NCBI RefSeq assembly: GCF_024298765.1
Contig: NZ_CP101211.1
Source: Escherichia coli
GTDB taxonomy: Bacteria > Pseudomonadota > Gammaproteobacteria > Enterobacterales > Enterobacteriaceae
Strand: one strand, 5' to 3'
DNA: 64,000 bases
The position numbers were made by a program, and so were the translations under genes. Of the stretch, positions 20,109 through 29,460 are shown piece after piece; the stretch's first letter is position 1; each line of letters starts with the position of its first letter. The notes beneath the pieces were generated by a model, which was given only the letters and a program-made list of their open reading frames with translations, searched no databases and was not told the DNA's origin.

Positions 20109-20553
20109 ATGAAAACCGCCACTGCGCCGTTACCACCGCTGCGTTCGGTCAAGGTTCTGGACCAGTTGCGTGAGCGCATACGCTACTTGCATTACAGTTT
20201 ACGAACCGAACAGGCTTATGTCCACTGGGTTCGTGCCTTCATCCGTTTCCACGGTGTGCGTCACCCGGCAACCTTGGGCAGCAGCGAAGTCGAGGCATTT
20301 CTGTCCTGGCTGGCGAACGAGCGCAAGGTTTCGGTCTCCACGCATCGTCAGGCATTGGCGGCCTTGCTGTTCTTCTACGGCAAGGTGCTGTGCACGGATC
20401 TGCCCTGGCTTCAGGAGATCGGAAGACCTCGGCCGTCGCGGCGCTTGCCGGTGGTGCTGACCCCGGATGAAGTGGTTCGCATCCTCGGTTTTCTGGAAGG
20501 CGAGCATCGTTTGTTCGCCCAGCTTCTGTATGGAACGGGCATGCGGATCAGTG
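20109..20553 (+). pseudogene. intI1: intI1 truncated after about 148 codons by IS26
   Basis: Same N-terminus as the 6895 copy; reading frame enters the IS26 repeat at 20554. Confidence 0.9.
20196..20224 (-). promoter_or_regulatory. Pc cassette promoter, hybrid variant (TGGACA / TAAACT)
   Basis: Identical to 6982-7010; drives dfrA-arr. Confidence 0.7.
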
Positions 20554-21373
20554 GGCACTGTTGCAAAGTTAGCGATGAGGCAGCCTTTTGTCTTATTCAA
20601 AGGCCTTACATTTCAAAAACTCTGCTTACCAGGCGCATTTCGCCCAGGGGATCACCATAATAAAATGCTGAGGCCTGGCCTTTGCGTAGTGCACGCATCA
20701 CCTCAATACCTTTGATGGTGGCGTAAGCCGTCTTCATGGATTTAAATCCCAGCGTGGCGCCGATTATCCGTTTCAGTTTGCCATGATCGCATTCAATCAC
20801 GTTGTTCCGGTACTTAATCTGTCGGTGTTCAACGTCAGACGGGCACCGGCCTTCGCGTTTGAGCAGAGCAAGCGCGCGACCATAGGCGGGCGCTTTATCC
20901 GTGTTGATGAATCGCGGGATCTGCCACTTCTTCACGTTGTTGAGGATTTTACCCAGAAACCGGTATGCAGCTTTGCTGTTACGACGGGAGGAGAGATAAA
21001 AATCGACAGTGCGGCCCCGGCTGTCGACGGCCCGGTACAGATACGCCCAGCGGCCATTGACCTTCACGTAGGTTTCATCCATGTGCCACGGGCAAAGATC
21101 GGAAGGGTTACGCCAGTACCAGCGCAGCCGTTTTTCCATTTCAGGCGCATAACGCTGAACCCAGCGGTAAATCGTGGAGTGATCGACATTCACTCCGCGT
21201 TCAGCCAGCATCTCCTGCAGCTCACGGTAACTGATGCCGTATTTGCAGTACCAGCGTACGGCCCACAGAATGATGTCACGCTGAAAATGCCGGCCTTTGA
21301 ATGGGTTCATGTGCAGCTCCATCAGCAAAAGGGGATGATAAGTTTATCACCACCGACTATTTGCAACAGTGCC
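20554..21373 (-). mobile_element. IS26 (820 bp, complete); right edge of the resistance region
   Basis: 14-bp terminal repeats at both ends. Confidence 0.95.
20606..21328 (-). CDS. tnpA: IS26 transposase
   Basis: Identical translation to the other IS26 tnpA copies. Confidence 0.95.
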
Positions 21374-21517
21374 ACGCAAAGACGTAATGAGCAGTGTATC
21401 CCCTGCCACAATACCCTCTTCAGGGATGCTGTCAGTGGACGTCCAGTACTGACCCGCCAGCAAAGAATGAAATCGCTCTAAACGGTCAATGCTATTTTTG
21501 CTGACCAGGTCACCCAT
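21374..21517 (-). pseudogene. Backbone gene of unknown function cut after 48 codons by IS26
   Basis: Ribosome-binding site then ATG at 21517; MGDLVSKNSIDRLERFHSLLAGQYWTSTDSIPEEGIVAGDTLLITSLR runs straight into the IS26 repeat. Confidence 0.5.
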
Positions 21518-21767
21518 ATACTTTTCCTTCCAGATTCGTGTGTTAGGTGAATCATACCAGATTGCCCTTGCCGTCTAATAACGCAGAAAACTGTGAATCC
21601 AAAATTCCTTAAATTCAAACCTGTCCAATATAAAAGATGGCTCTTTTTCTTATCCAGTGTTAAGCGATAATGCTCAATTTTATTTCATTATTGTCAGAAT
21701 CAAAATAATCTGAAAATAAAAAAGGCTTCAGAATTGAAGCCTCTATATTATACAACGTGAATGTATT

Positions 21768-22124
21768 TTATTTATCTTTCACCGGGTTCATTTCCCAGTA
21801 TCTTTCACGTACGTTTTCTTGGCAATGGTCCGCTCGCTCCGGCGTGTCCCTTTTACGAGTAGCAAATGCTTCAATTACGGCATTCAAGTCTTTTTCTTTG
21901 ATTTTAGATCCAACAGGCAAGTTTTCTTCAAACTCAGTCCTTACCAGTTCTTTCGTTTTTTTATAATCGGTTTCACTTTGGATTTCAGGTTTTAAACAAA
22001 TATCGGCAACCATCACATCTGATTTGCCCGGGATCGGTTTTTTCCCGTTTTCAGATGCAAGGACCGCAGAGGAGGTAAAGGCGACAGACAGAGTTGCACA
22101 TAACAGAAGGTATTTTAATTTCAT
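21768..22124 (-). CDS. Hypothetical secreted protein (signal peptide)
   Basis: MKLKYLLLCATLSVAFTSSAVLA... signal-like N-terminus; 118 aa. Confidence 0.5.
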   Translation of the reverse strand: MKLKYLLLCATLSVAFTSSAVLASENGKKPIPGKSDVMVADICLKPEIQSETDYKKTKELVRTEFEENLPVGSKIKEKDLNAVIEAFATRKRDTPERADHCQENVRERYWEMNPVKDK

Positions 22125-22273
22125 GACTCACTCCATGATTATCAATGATGGTTGCTCAGACACATCATTTATACCATGCCTGTCACCGAATACGAGATCC
22201 CCATATTTTGGCTTTAAATATTATCCAATAGGGTTTCATACACCTGGCTTCTGAAAGCAAGGTTCAAGGAGCT

Positions 22274-22891
22274 TCAGGGGGAAATCAGATTGTTGTCGAC
22301 CCAGTACTTGTGCAAACCTACCACCCAATTCCTGGAAATGGACGAAAGTTCATGCGCCAGTTCACGACAGCATTCAGGCGTAAAAATACGTATGGGTCCT
22401 GAAGTACCGATATCAACAGACATGATAAACTCCAGAATGTTGCCATGGCATAGGTTGTTTCTCAGCCTGACAATTTCTGCTTCAGGTGTTCTCCCGGCTG
22501 CTACCTTAACCAACATATCCTGCTCGGCTGGAAATGAAAGTAATTCTACCGGCACCCCTTCCTGCTTGGCCTTTCTCAGTAAGGCATTACTCATTACGGA
22601 GATACCCTCCAAGTCCACCAGCTCAGGAGCTGCATGCTGATCGTTAACTGTTGGTTTCAGCATCAGCGACTTCAACGTAACCATGAGTGATGTTTCAATC
22701 CCGTTCAGGAAGCTCGTACAGGCCGGTATCCATAGTTCGTGATGCAACGCCTCGGTTGCTTGTTTAAAGAACCAGTCAATCACGGGGACAGTGTGATAAT
22801 CATAATAGTGATTTATCTCGCTGAATCTTGACATATAAGCATCGTACTCAGCCTGGTCTTCAGGAGATAAAAAATTTGGTGGGAGGGGCAT
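22274..22891 (-). CDS. Hypothetical protein
   Basis: 205-aa ORF divergent from umuD. Confidence 0.45.
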   Translation of the reverse strand: MPLPPNFLSPEDQAEYDAYMSRFSEINHYYDYHTVPVIDWFFKQATEALHHELWIPACTSFLNGIETSLMVTLKSLMLKPTVNDQHAAPELVDLEGISVMSNALLRKAKQEGVPVELLSFPAEQDMLVKVAAGRTPEAEIVRLRNNLCHGNILEFIMSVDIGTSGPIRIFTPECCRELAHELSSISRNWVVGLHKYWVDNNLISP

Positions 22892-23047
22892 CAGAATCCT
22901 TTCATCCTAGCTTGTATACCTTCTTCGTAGGCCAGCTCGCCATTATCGGTAAAAGATGGTTTTTGGTGTTTGTGACAAAGCTTAATTTTTCGTCAGGCTC
23001 GATAGCGTTACCGGAGAGATTTGATCTTTTCTCTGTAACTCGCAATA

Positions 23048-23063
23048 CTGTTTATACATACAG
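23048..23063 (+). promoter_or_regulatory. LexA (SOS) box upstream of umuD
   Basis: CTGTTTATACATACAG matches the CTGT-N8-ACAG consensus, about 20 bp before the umuD start. Confidence 0.75.
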
Positions 23064-23084
23064 TATGAGAATTCGAGTGTAGCT

Positions 23085-23519
23085 ATGTCTGTTATCCTTG
23101 AGCACATTAGCAACAAGCCTTACGAAATGGCACCTTTTTTCAGTGATTTACTGAGCTGTGGAGTGATGAGTCCGTGCGCCGGGCATGAAGATAATGAATT
23201 AAATTTGCATGAATATGTAGTCCGTAACCGCCCCTCAACCTTCTTTGTCAGGGCGGCGGGCCTCAGTATGATCAATGCCGGTATCAATGATGGCGCTATT
23301 CTGGTTGTGGATCGGTCTTTAACGGCACGACACGGCTCTATCGTCGTTGCGCTGGTGGATGGAGAGTTCACGGTAAAGATCTTACACACGTATCCTGAGC
23401 TGCTTTTGATGCCTTCTAATCCAGCCTATAAGCCGATACGTGTAAATCCCGAATCCCTTGAGATATGGGGCGTCGTCACCTTTGCACTGAATCAGTTTAG
23501 CCATGTACATGCACGTTGA
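23085..23519 (+). CDS. umuD: UmuD/MucA-like S24 peptidase (error-prone polymerase accessory subunit)
   Basis: LexA-like C-terminal domain; start/stop overlap with the downstream Y-family polymerase gene. Confidence 0.8.
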   Translation: MSVILEHISNKPYEMAPFFSDLLSCGVMSPCAGHEDNELNLHEYVVRNRPSTFFVRAAGLSMINAGINDGAILVVDRSLTARHGSIVVALVDGEFTVKILHTYPELLLMPSNPAYKPIRVNPESLEIWGVVTFALNQFSHVHAR

Positions 23520-24762
23520 TATTAACGGGGCCTATGCGGCATTTGAGTGTGCGATGGATCCCAAGCTGGCAAAAAAGCCGCTCATCATAGCCAGCAATAA
23601 CGATTCGTCCGTCATTGCAATGAATAAACTGGCTAAAAGCGTTGGTATTAAGCGTGGGACCCCAATTTTTAAGTGCAGGGATTTGATTCAGCAACACCAG
23701 ATCGAAGTCCGGAGCTCTAACTTTACTTTGTATGAAGACTACTCAAATCGCTTCCATGAAACGCTGGAAAGCTTCGCGCCTCAATCGAGTCGATATAGCA
23801 TAGATGAAAATTTCATGTTATTGAAAAACATGAACAAGATAATAGATTATGAAGATTACGGCCGGTTGATCAGAAGTACACTTCTTCATAATCTGTCCCT
23901 TACCTGTGGTGTGGGGTGTTCAAGCACCAAAACCCTGGCTAAATTATGCACCTATGCGAGCAAACGATGGGCAGCTACAGGCGGGGTTGTAGTTTTGACT
24001 GATCAGGCCAGGATCAGGAAGCTCCTGGGCCTTATCAGTACCAGAGAAATATGGGGTATTGGTCAAAAGATCAGTGAACGCCTGTCGGCTTTCGGGATCA
24101 TCACTGCCGGTGATTTTTATAATAGCGACGTTCGCTTTTTACGTAAAAGCTTTGGCGTTGAAATCGAGCGTACCTGGCGGGAACTGCATGGCGAACCATG
24201 TTTCCGGCTGCATGAATCCCCTCCTGTCCGGCAACAGATTATCGTTTCCAGAAGTTTTGGTCAGCGCCTTAATGAGATAGGCAAGCTACATGAGGCAGTT
24301 TCATTTTTTACCGCCCGGGCGGCAGAGCAGCTGCGCAAGGATGGCTCGTGGACCCGTCAAATCACAGTCTTCATTCAGAGCAGCAATTATGCGCAAGGTG
24401 AAAACCGCTACAGCAATTGTGGTATCGAGCCGCTTACCGCTACACAGGACACCCGCGATCTGGTTGATGCAGCCATGACCATCCTGAACCGCATTTACAA
24501 ACCCGGGATAGCGTATGCGAAAGCTGGGGTAATGCTCTCCGCTATGACTGACGGCACAGAGCAACTCAGCCTGTTTGATGAGCGCCCGGCCAGGCCTGGC
24601 AGTCAGGCACTGATGAAAGTTATGGACCGGTTCAATAAAGAAAAGCGCGGAGCTCTGTTTTTGCTGGGGGAAGGCATTCAACAGGATTTTCGTATGAAAC
24701 AGGCCATGCTATCACCGAGATATACGACCCGCTGGGATGAATTACTCGTTGTAAAAGCGTAG
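23503..24762 (+). CDS. umuC: UmuC/MucB-like Y-family DNA polymerase
   Basis: 419-aa ORF starting ...HVDINGAYAAFE... with a typical Y-family layout. Confidence 0.8.
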   Translation: MYMHVDINGAYAAFECAMDPKLAKKPLIIASNNDSSVIAMNKLAKSVGIKRGTPIFKCRDLIQQHQIEVRSSNFTLYEDYSNRFHETLESFAPQSSRYSIDENFMLLKNMNKIIDYEDYGRLIRSTLLHNLSLTCGVGCSSTKTLAKLCTYASKRWAATGGVVVLTDQARIRKLLGLISTREIWGIGQKISERLSAFGIITAGDFYNSDVRFLRKSFGVEIERTWRELHGEPCFRLHESPPVRQQIIVSRSFGQRLNEIGKLHEAVSFFTARAAEQLRKDGSWTRQITVFIQSSNYAQGENRYSNCGIEPLTATQDTRDLVDAAMTILNRIYKPGIAYAKAGVMLSAMTDGTEQLSLFDERPARPGSQALMKVMDRFNKEKRGALFLLGEGIQQDFRMKQAMLSPRYTTRWDELLVVKA

Positions 24763-24781
24763 CGGCCATGACCGGCATGGC
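24761..24781 (+). terminator. Hairpin between convergent umuC and the DsbA-like gene
   Basis: GCGGCCATG-accgg-CATGGCCG stem-loop; no clear T-tract. Confidence 0.35.
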
Positions 24782-24807
24782 CGTACTCATCAAAAGTGAA
24801 AGTAACT

Positions 24808-25617
24808 TTAGGCCCCGCGAGCTTTTTCGATTGCGCCCTGCAAAGTTGCTGCGTCCATAGCCCCGGGGATAAATGTGGTAGTCGCCGCATTCGGCTTTTT
24901 CATATTCATAATGATGAAGCCGGGTGTGCCGGTGATCCCAAGCGCTTCGCCCAGCTGCATGTTGCCGGAGATCACGTTTTCATATCGGTTTTTTTCCCTG
25001 TCAGAAAACGTGCTGTTAAACCCTGACTTATCCACCACAGTATTAAAGTCGCTGAGTTCGAATTTGCGTTGAGAGGTCATGAAGGTATGAGCCACAGCCA
25101 TCAGGTTGTTGTGGTATTTACGATAGGCTTCAGCACCGAAATTCTGATAGACGTGCAGACCCGTAGCGGCCCCCATGGCAGATACAGGTTTTGAACCGGC
25201 AAAAATCGGGAATTCTTTAAAGAAGAATTTTACATCTTTGCTCTGATTCATTACCGATTCAACAACAGGTGTAACCCGCATGCAGTAAATACACTGATAG
25301 TCGAAGAACTCGATTACCGCGACGTCGGCGTCATCCGGGCCGATGTTTGGCGTCTCCTTGGTATCCAGCAGAGCTGGCGCATATGGAATTATTCGTTCCA
25401 CTGAGGCACTTACGTTCTGATTTTCCAGCGCCTTACCTGCTTCCACTAAATAATGGGGATTTTTTACCAGGTAAGTAGCGGCAATTTTGCCAATTTCTTC
25501 CTCACTGAGCACCTTCGGTTTAAAATAAGTTGCCGCGATTAACGCCGAGGCAGCGGTAGCAATTACCGCAGAAATTAAAATCGTGGCCATCGGTTTTAAA
25601 TAAAATTCTTTAGACAT
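24808..25617 (-). CDS. DsbA-like thiol:disulfide oxidoreductase (thioredoxin fold, CIYC motif)
   Basis: N-terminal membrane or signal segment plus a CxxC active site (FFDYQCIYCM). Confidence 0.65.
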   Translation of the reverse strand: MSKEFYLKPMATILISAVIATAASALIAATYFKPKVLSEEEIGKIAATYLVKNPHYLVEAGKALENQNVSASVERIIPYAPALLDTKETPNIGPDDADVAVIEFFDYQCIYCMRVTPVVESVMNQSKDVKFFFKEFPIFAGSKPVSAMGAATGLHVYQNFGAEAYRKYHNNLMAVAHTFMTSQRKFELSDFNTVVDKSGFNSTFSDREKNRYENVISGNMQLGEALGITGTPGFIIMNMKKPNAATTTFIPGAMDAATLQGAIEKARGA

Positions 25618-25723
25618 AGCTACCTTTATGCTTTTCAGCCTGTTAGTTATTAACCTGCGATGGATTATACTGGCCCGGTAAATCGGAATTATTCGTGAAA
25701 CAATGCTTTTTGGAGATTAAAGG

Positions 25724-26335
25724 ATGATTAGGCAGGGCTTTATACTCACAACCGCAATGCTTTTGAGTGGTTGTGGATATCATTTCGCAAACCAGGTAGA
25801 TGCGTACGATCTAATGCCTCGTCCTGTTACAAATAAAAGGTTTCAGATAGTCCCTCCGGACGAAAGTATTCAGTCCAGAATGTTTTCAGGCCGTTTTGCT
25901 GATGGATTAGCAAAAAAAGGAGTCATTATTTCCACTCACCAGCCAGATTATGTGCTCAGGTTCCGAATGAGCAGCTCACAGGAGAACATGCAGTATAGCG
26001 AGCAGCTTCTTACTGGGGTGACAGGCTACGTTGTAGATAAAAAGACAACGAGAACTGACAAGCATGGCGAATCGCATACTGACTATGACTACAGGCCGGT
26101 CGATGGGGTAATAGGCACTGAGACGATGTCGCAGATGCACTATATGCGACAGCTGGATGTCGAGGTATACCCGTCAGCGAAAGGAGCAAAGCAGGTTCTG
26201 AAAGTGAGTATGCAAAGCAATGCACCTGTGCCGTCAGACAGCATTGCTTATTCAGCAATGATCGACGCCTTTACTGATAAATTTGATGCGCCGCTGCGTT
26301 CCGGAAATTATGTTGCAGTGATCCCCTGGAACTGA
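25724..26335 (+). CDS. Hypothetical lipoprotein
   Basis: Lipobox LLSGC near the N-terminus. Confidence 0.55.
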   Translation: MIRQGFILTTAMLLSGCGYHFANQVDAYDLMPRPVTNKRFQIVPPDESIQSRMFSGRFADGLAKKGVIISTHQPDYVLRFRMSSSQENMQYSEQLLTGVTGYVVDKKTTRTDKHGESHTDYDYRPVDGVIGTETMSQMHYMRQLDVEVYPSAKGAKQVLKVSMQSNAPVPSDSIAYSAMIDAFTDKFDAPLRSGNYVAVIPWN

Positions 26336-26394
26336 AAGCAGACGGCGGGAAGAGAATGTTCAAAAGTGACTTTTGGACACGCACATAAACGTGG

Positions 26395-26817
26395 CTATCG
26401 CCCTCCCCCATTAAAATCATAAAGTCGGTAAAGATCGCCCATCGTGATGGAATTGGGCTTATTAATGATTAGATACTGTAACTGTTCTTTATGTTGAGTA
26501 CTGGCGGCTGCATTCATAAGCACTTCCAGGTAGAACTTGTAGCCTATGCTTCGCTCTGAATACATATACTGGAACTGCATCAGTAAAATGCCTGACATAA
26601 CATACAACAGCAGCAGACTGAGTAACACAGTGCTATCAGGCTGTTCCAGTGCCATACTGACATACCCTGAACCCAGAATGCACAGAAGCCAACCCGTCAT
26701 TAGAGCAGGCACCCTACGACTCAGACGTTCATAACAACGTTTTATTACGGGATCCCGGAGATACTTTTTGTCAGGTATCCCCGTTGCCCTGATGACGAAG
26801 TTACTGAGTATCGACAT
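26395..26817 (-). CDS. Hypothetical membrane protein
   Basis: Hydrophobic segments; 140 aa. Confidence 0.45.
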   Translation of the reverse strand: MSILSNFVIRATGIPDKKYLRDPVIKRCYERLSRRVPALMTGWLLCILGSGYVSMALEQPDSTVLLSLLLLYVMSGILLMQFQYMYSERSIGYKFYLEVLMNAAASTQHKEQLQYLIINKPNSITMGDLYRLYDFNGGGR

Positions 26818-26850
26818 CTTTTTTCCTTCTGGACGCTCTCAGTCAATAAA

Positions 26851-27249
26851 TCAGGCCAGGCGCTCATTGAAAGCTACCACGAGCTGCGAATCGGGATTTT
26901 TTACCAGTTCGGGCCGGATAACTTTTAGTTGCCTCGTTGGGGCGAGCTCATCTGTAGGCCTGATGGTGGTATTACCCGGCCCCTTGCGGGTACTGTCGGT
27001 GTTTACCTTGAGCTTTTTATTTCCCAGGTAGCTTTCCATCTTTTTAGAGATGGTGTCACCTGTGGTCGCAACACCAGAGAGTTCCTTTAGTTGTTCACCT
27101 TGATCCATTTGTACCGATGACATCAGAAATACGATTCCTGGATCGTTTTCCGTTCCACAGGCTCCGTACTGACATTGTGCAGCGAAAACGGGCTGTACAC
27201 CTACAGCAACCAGCATTAACGTACTCAGTAAAGTAGATTTCATACACAC
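26851..27249 (-). CDS. Hypothetical secreted protein
   Basis: Signal-like MKSTLLSTLMLVAVGVQPVFA; sits directly downstream of the DsbC-like gene. Confidence 0.5.
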   Translation of the reverse strand: MCMKSTLLSTLMLVAVGVQPVFAAQCQYGACGTENDPGIVFLMSSVQMDQGEQLKELSGVATTGDTISKKMESYLGNKKLKVNTDSTRKGPGNTTIRPTDELAPTRQLKVIRPELVKNPDSQLVVAFNERLA

Positions 27250-27262
27250 CTCTTACAGTCGG

Positions 27263-27275
27263 AAAAGTTACTTTT
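27263..27275. repeat. 13-bp palindrome AAAAGTTACTTTT (backbone motif copy)
   Basis: Exact copy; overlaps the DsbC-like stop codon, 14 bp before the next gene start. Confidence 0.8.
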
Positions 27276-28017
27276 GCGCAGCGCCCATTTGGGTCACCAG
27301 GTTTTCCGGGCTCAGCCACCCCGTAAATAACTGCGGTTTGCCGCTTAGTGTCACCATGGTAGGAGTACCTTGCAGCGGGATTGTTGAGGCCACCTGGAAA
27401 TGCGATTTGATAATGTTTAAGCAAGCCTCATCAGGACGTCCTTCCGGGATAGTTGAAACCGGATTCATCGCTGCATCCAGAGCTTCGTTTGGCTTTGCTG
27501 AACACCAGATTTTGGCCATGTTCCCGGCTACTACCGAGTTCAGTCCTGCACGTGGGAATGCAAGAAACTTAATCGAAATACCGGCATCAAGATAAGACTT
27601 CAGATCATGATGCAGTTTTTGGCAGTATCCACAGGTTATATCGGTAAAGATAGCAAGCCGGTATTTTTCGTTTGGTGATTTGTAGTCGATGGATTTTGTT
27701 TTGGATGCGAATTCCCGGACGCCCATTAAAATGGCCTGCTCAGTGGTGTTTACCACATCTTTACCTTTCACGTGGAATAAGCTTCCGGTAAAAATGTAAT
27801 CTCCGTCTTTGCTCACGTAACTTACCCCCTCCCTGGAAATCACCGTAAAAATATCTTTTACTGGCGAGGGTTCGACGTGCTCGATTGAAAGCCCAATGGC
27901 TTTGAGCTTATCCCGGGCTGCATCTGGCAGTACCATTGTATTAACCGGCTCGGCATTCATCGTGAAGGCGGTACTTAATGAAAGAAGTAATACCGATGCC
28001 TTAATAATTTTTTTCAT
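27268..28017 (-). CDS. DsbC-like disulfide isomerase (CGYC motif)
   Basis: Signal peptide, dimerisation-type N-domain and a thioredoxin domain with CGYC. Confidence 0.7.
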   Translation of the reverse strand: MKKIIKASVLLLSLSTAFTMNAEPVNTMVLPDAARDKLKAIGLSIEHVEPSPVKDIFTVISREGVSYVSKDGDYIFTGSLFHVKGKDVVNTTEQAILMGVREFASKTKSIDYKSPNEKYRLAIFTDITCGYCQKLHHDLKSYLDAGISIKFLAFPRAGLNSVVAGNMAKIWCSAKPNEALDAAMNPVSTIPEGRPDEACLNIIKSHFQVASTIPLQGTPTMVTLSGKPQLFTGWLSPENLVTQMGAAQK

Positions 28018-28164
28018 TTATGCTCCTTGAATCGAGCACTAATATTATCACGCCCAAAAATTCCAGAATTTTGCTTAAACGCTTAAATCAACGGGTAAAG
28101 CCGAAAGAAAGTCGATAGATATATGGGAGAATAGATAAAACGTAGATTCAGTGGAGAAATCGTT

Positions 28165-28704
28165 GTGTTTACACCACCAGCAGATGATGTGAAACCTATT
28201 CCCGTTCCTGATGAGATTTACACTCAGTGCATTACGGATGCCGCCCGCTTCTTCGGAATTGATGCCGAACTGGTTTTTACGTTGTTTGACAATGAAGGCG
28301 GTAAGGTTGGTACTTTCAGCAGGAATACTAACGGCACTTATGATATTGGCCCGATGCAGATCAACTCATCCAATCTGCCTGAAATAAAAAAGCATTTCCC
28401 GACTGTAACGTGGCGGGTTCTGGCTTACGATGCTTGCGCTAGTTTCTGGGTTGGAACATGGTGGCTCTACAGAAAAATTGTTGATCGCAAGGGCAATGTG
28501 TTTGAAGGGATTGCAGATTACAACAGCAAAACCCCAAAGGTACGTGCAAAGTACATATTTAACTTCATGGTAAAGTACAATCGCCGGATCCAGCAGCGTA
28601 ACGGGATGGGTGAGCTTTATCAATGGACCCAACAACCTCCTCGATACAATGGCCATATAGCTAAAAATGTCCCGGAGCAAAACCCGACTCCTGTTGTTAA
28701 ATAA
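28165..28704 (+). CDS. Lytic transglycosylase-like protein (transfer-associated)
   Basis: SLT-like motifs (GPMQIN); size and position typical of a conjugation-associated transglycosylase. Confidence 0.55.
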   Translation: MFTPPADDVKPIPVPDEIYTQCITDAARFFGIDAELVFTLFDNEGGKVGTFSRNTNGTYDIGPMQINSSNLPEIKKHFPTVTWRVLAYDACASFWVGTWWLYRKIVDRKGNVFEGIADYNSKTPKVRAKYIFNFMVKYNRRIQQRNGMGELYQWTQQPPRYNGHIAKNVPEQNPTPVVK

Positions 28705-28786
28705 ATTCAACCTGATATTACAGAAGATCATCGAGTAGCTTGGGTACCCCCCCGCAAAAAATTCGCATAGACTCAGGGGTAATAAA

Positions 28787-29353
28787 TTGTCTTTTTCTGC
28801 AAGAAATATATTTAAGATTCTCTCTTCTTTCTTGATGCAGAAAAGCCCTCTTCATGAAGAAGTATGTGTTCCTGAAGAAACAACAGCTGGTTTATGGGGC
28901 CCTCTCCCTGATTCGCATGTCGTGCTTTTCTTAGATTTCGATGGGGTTTGTCACAGGTGCAAAAATGAAACCTTTGAGCGAATGCCATTGGTGGAAAAAT
29001 TACTGGATAAATGCCCTTCCATGGTGATTGTCATCTCCAGTTCGTGGCGTGAATGTGCCAGTATAACTTACCTGAAATCTCTTTTCCGGCTACCTTATAG
29101 AGACAAAGTCATAGGTGCTACCGATTCGGTATATTTAAAACCTAATCAGTCAGGTGTGCGGGCTGCTGAGTGTGAGGACTTTGTATTTTCACATCGAGTT
29201 AAAGCATTTATCTGCCTTGATGACGACGAATCATTATTCCCGGTCGGTTATCCACATTTGCAAAAAACCAATTATTACACCGGCCTCACCGAATCTGATC
29301 TTGCAGCTCTTAACACCAGGTATCATCTGCTTATGAAACGTTGGGCTTCCTGA
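28787..29353 (+). CDS. HAD-like hydrolase-fold protein, function unknown
   Basis: VLFLDFDGV matches HAD motif I (DxDG). Confidence 0.45.
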   Translation: MSFSARNIFKILSSFLMQKSPLHEEVCVPEETTAGLWGPLPDSHVVLFLDFDGVCHRCKNETFERMPLVEKLLDKCPSMVIVISSSWRECASITYLKSLFRLPYRDKVIGATDSVYLKPNQSGVRAAECEDFVFSHRVKAFICLDDDESLFPVGYPHLQKTNYYTGLTESDLAALNTRYHLLMKRWAS

Positions 29354-29356
29354 ATT

Positions 29357-29368
29357 AAAGTAACTTTT
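29357..29368. repeat. Backbone palindrome copy (12 of 13)
   Basis: AAAGTAACTTTT directly after the HAD-like gene stop. Confidence 0.7.
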
Positions 29369-29460
29369 ACGGAGAGCATGCCCGCATTATCAGTTCTATG
29401 CTTCTCCATTTCTGCCCCGGGTCAAAGCATTGCACAGTTGGAAGAAAACATGCCGGTCTC

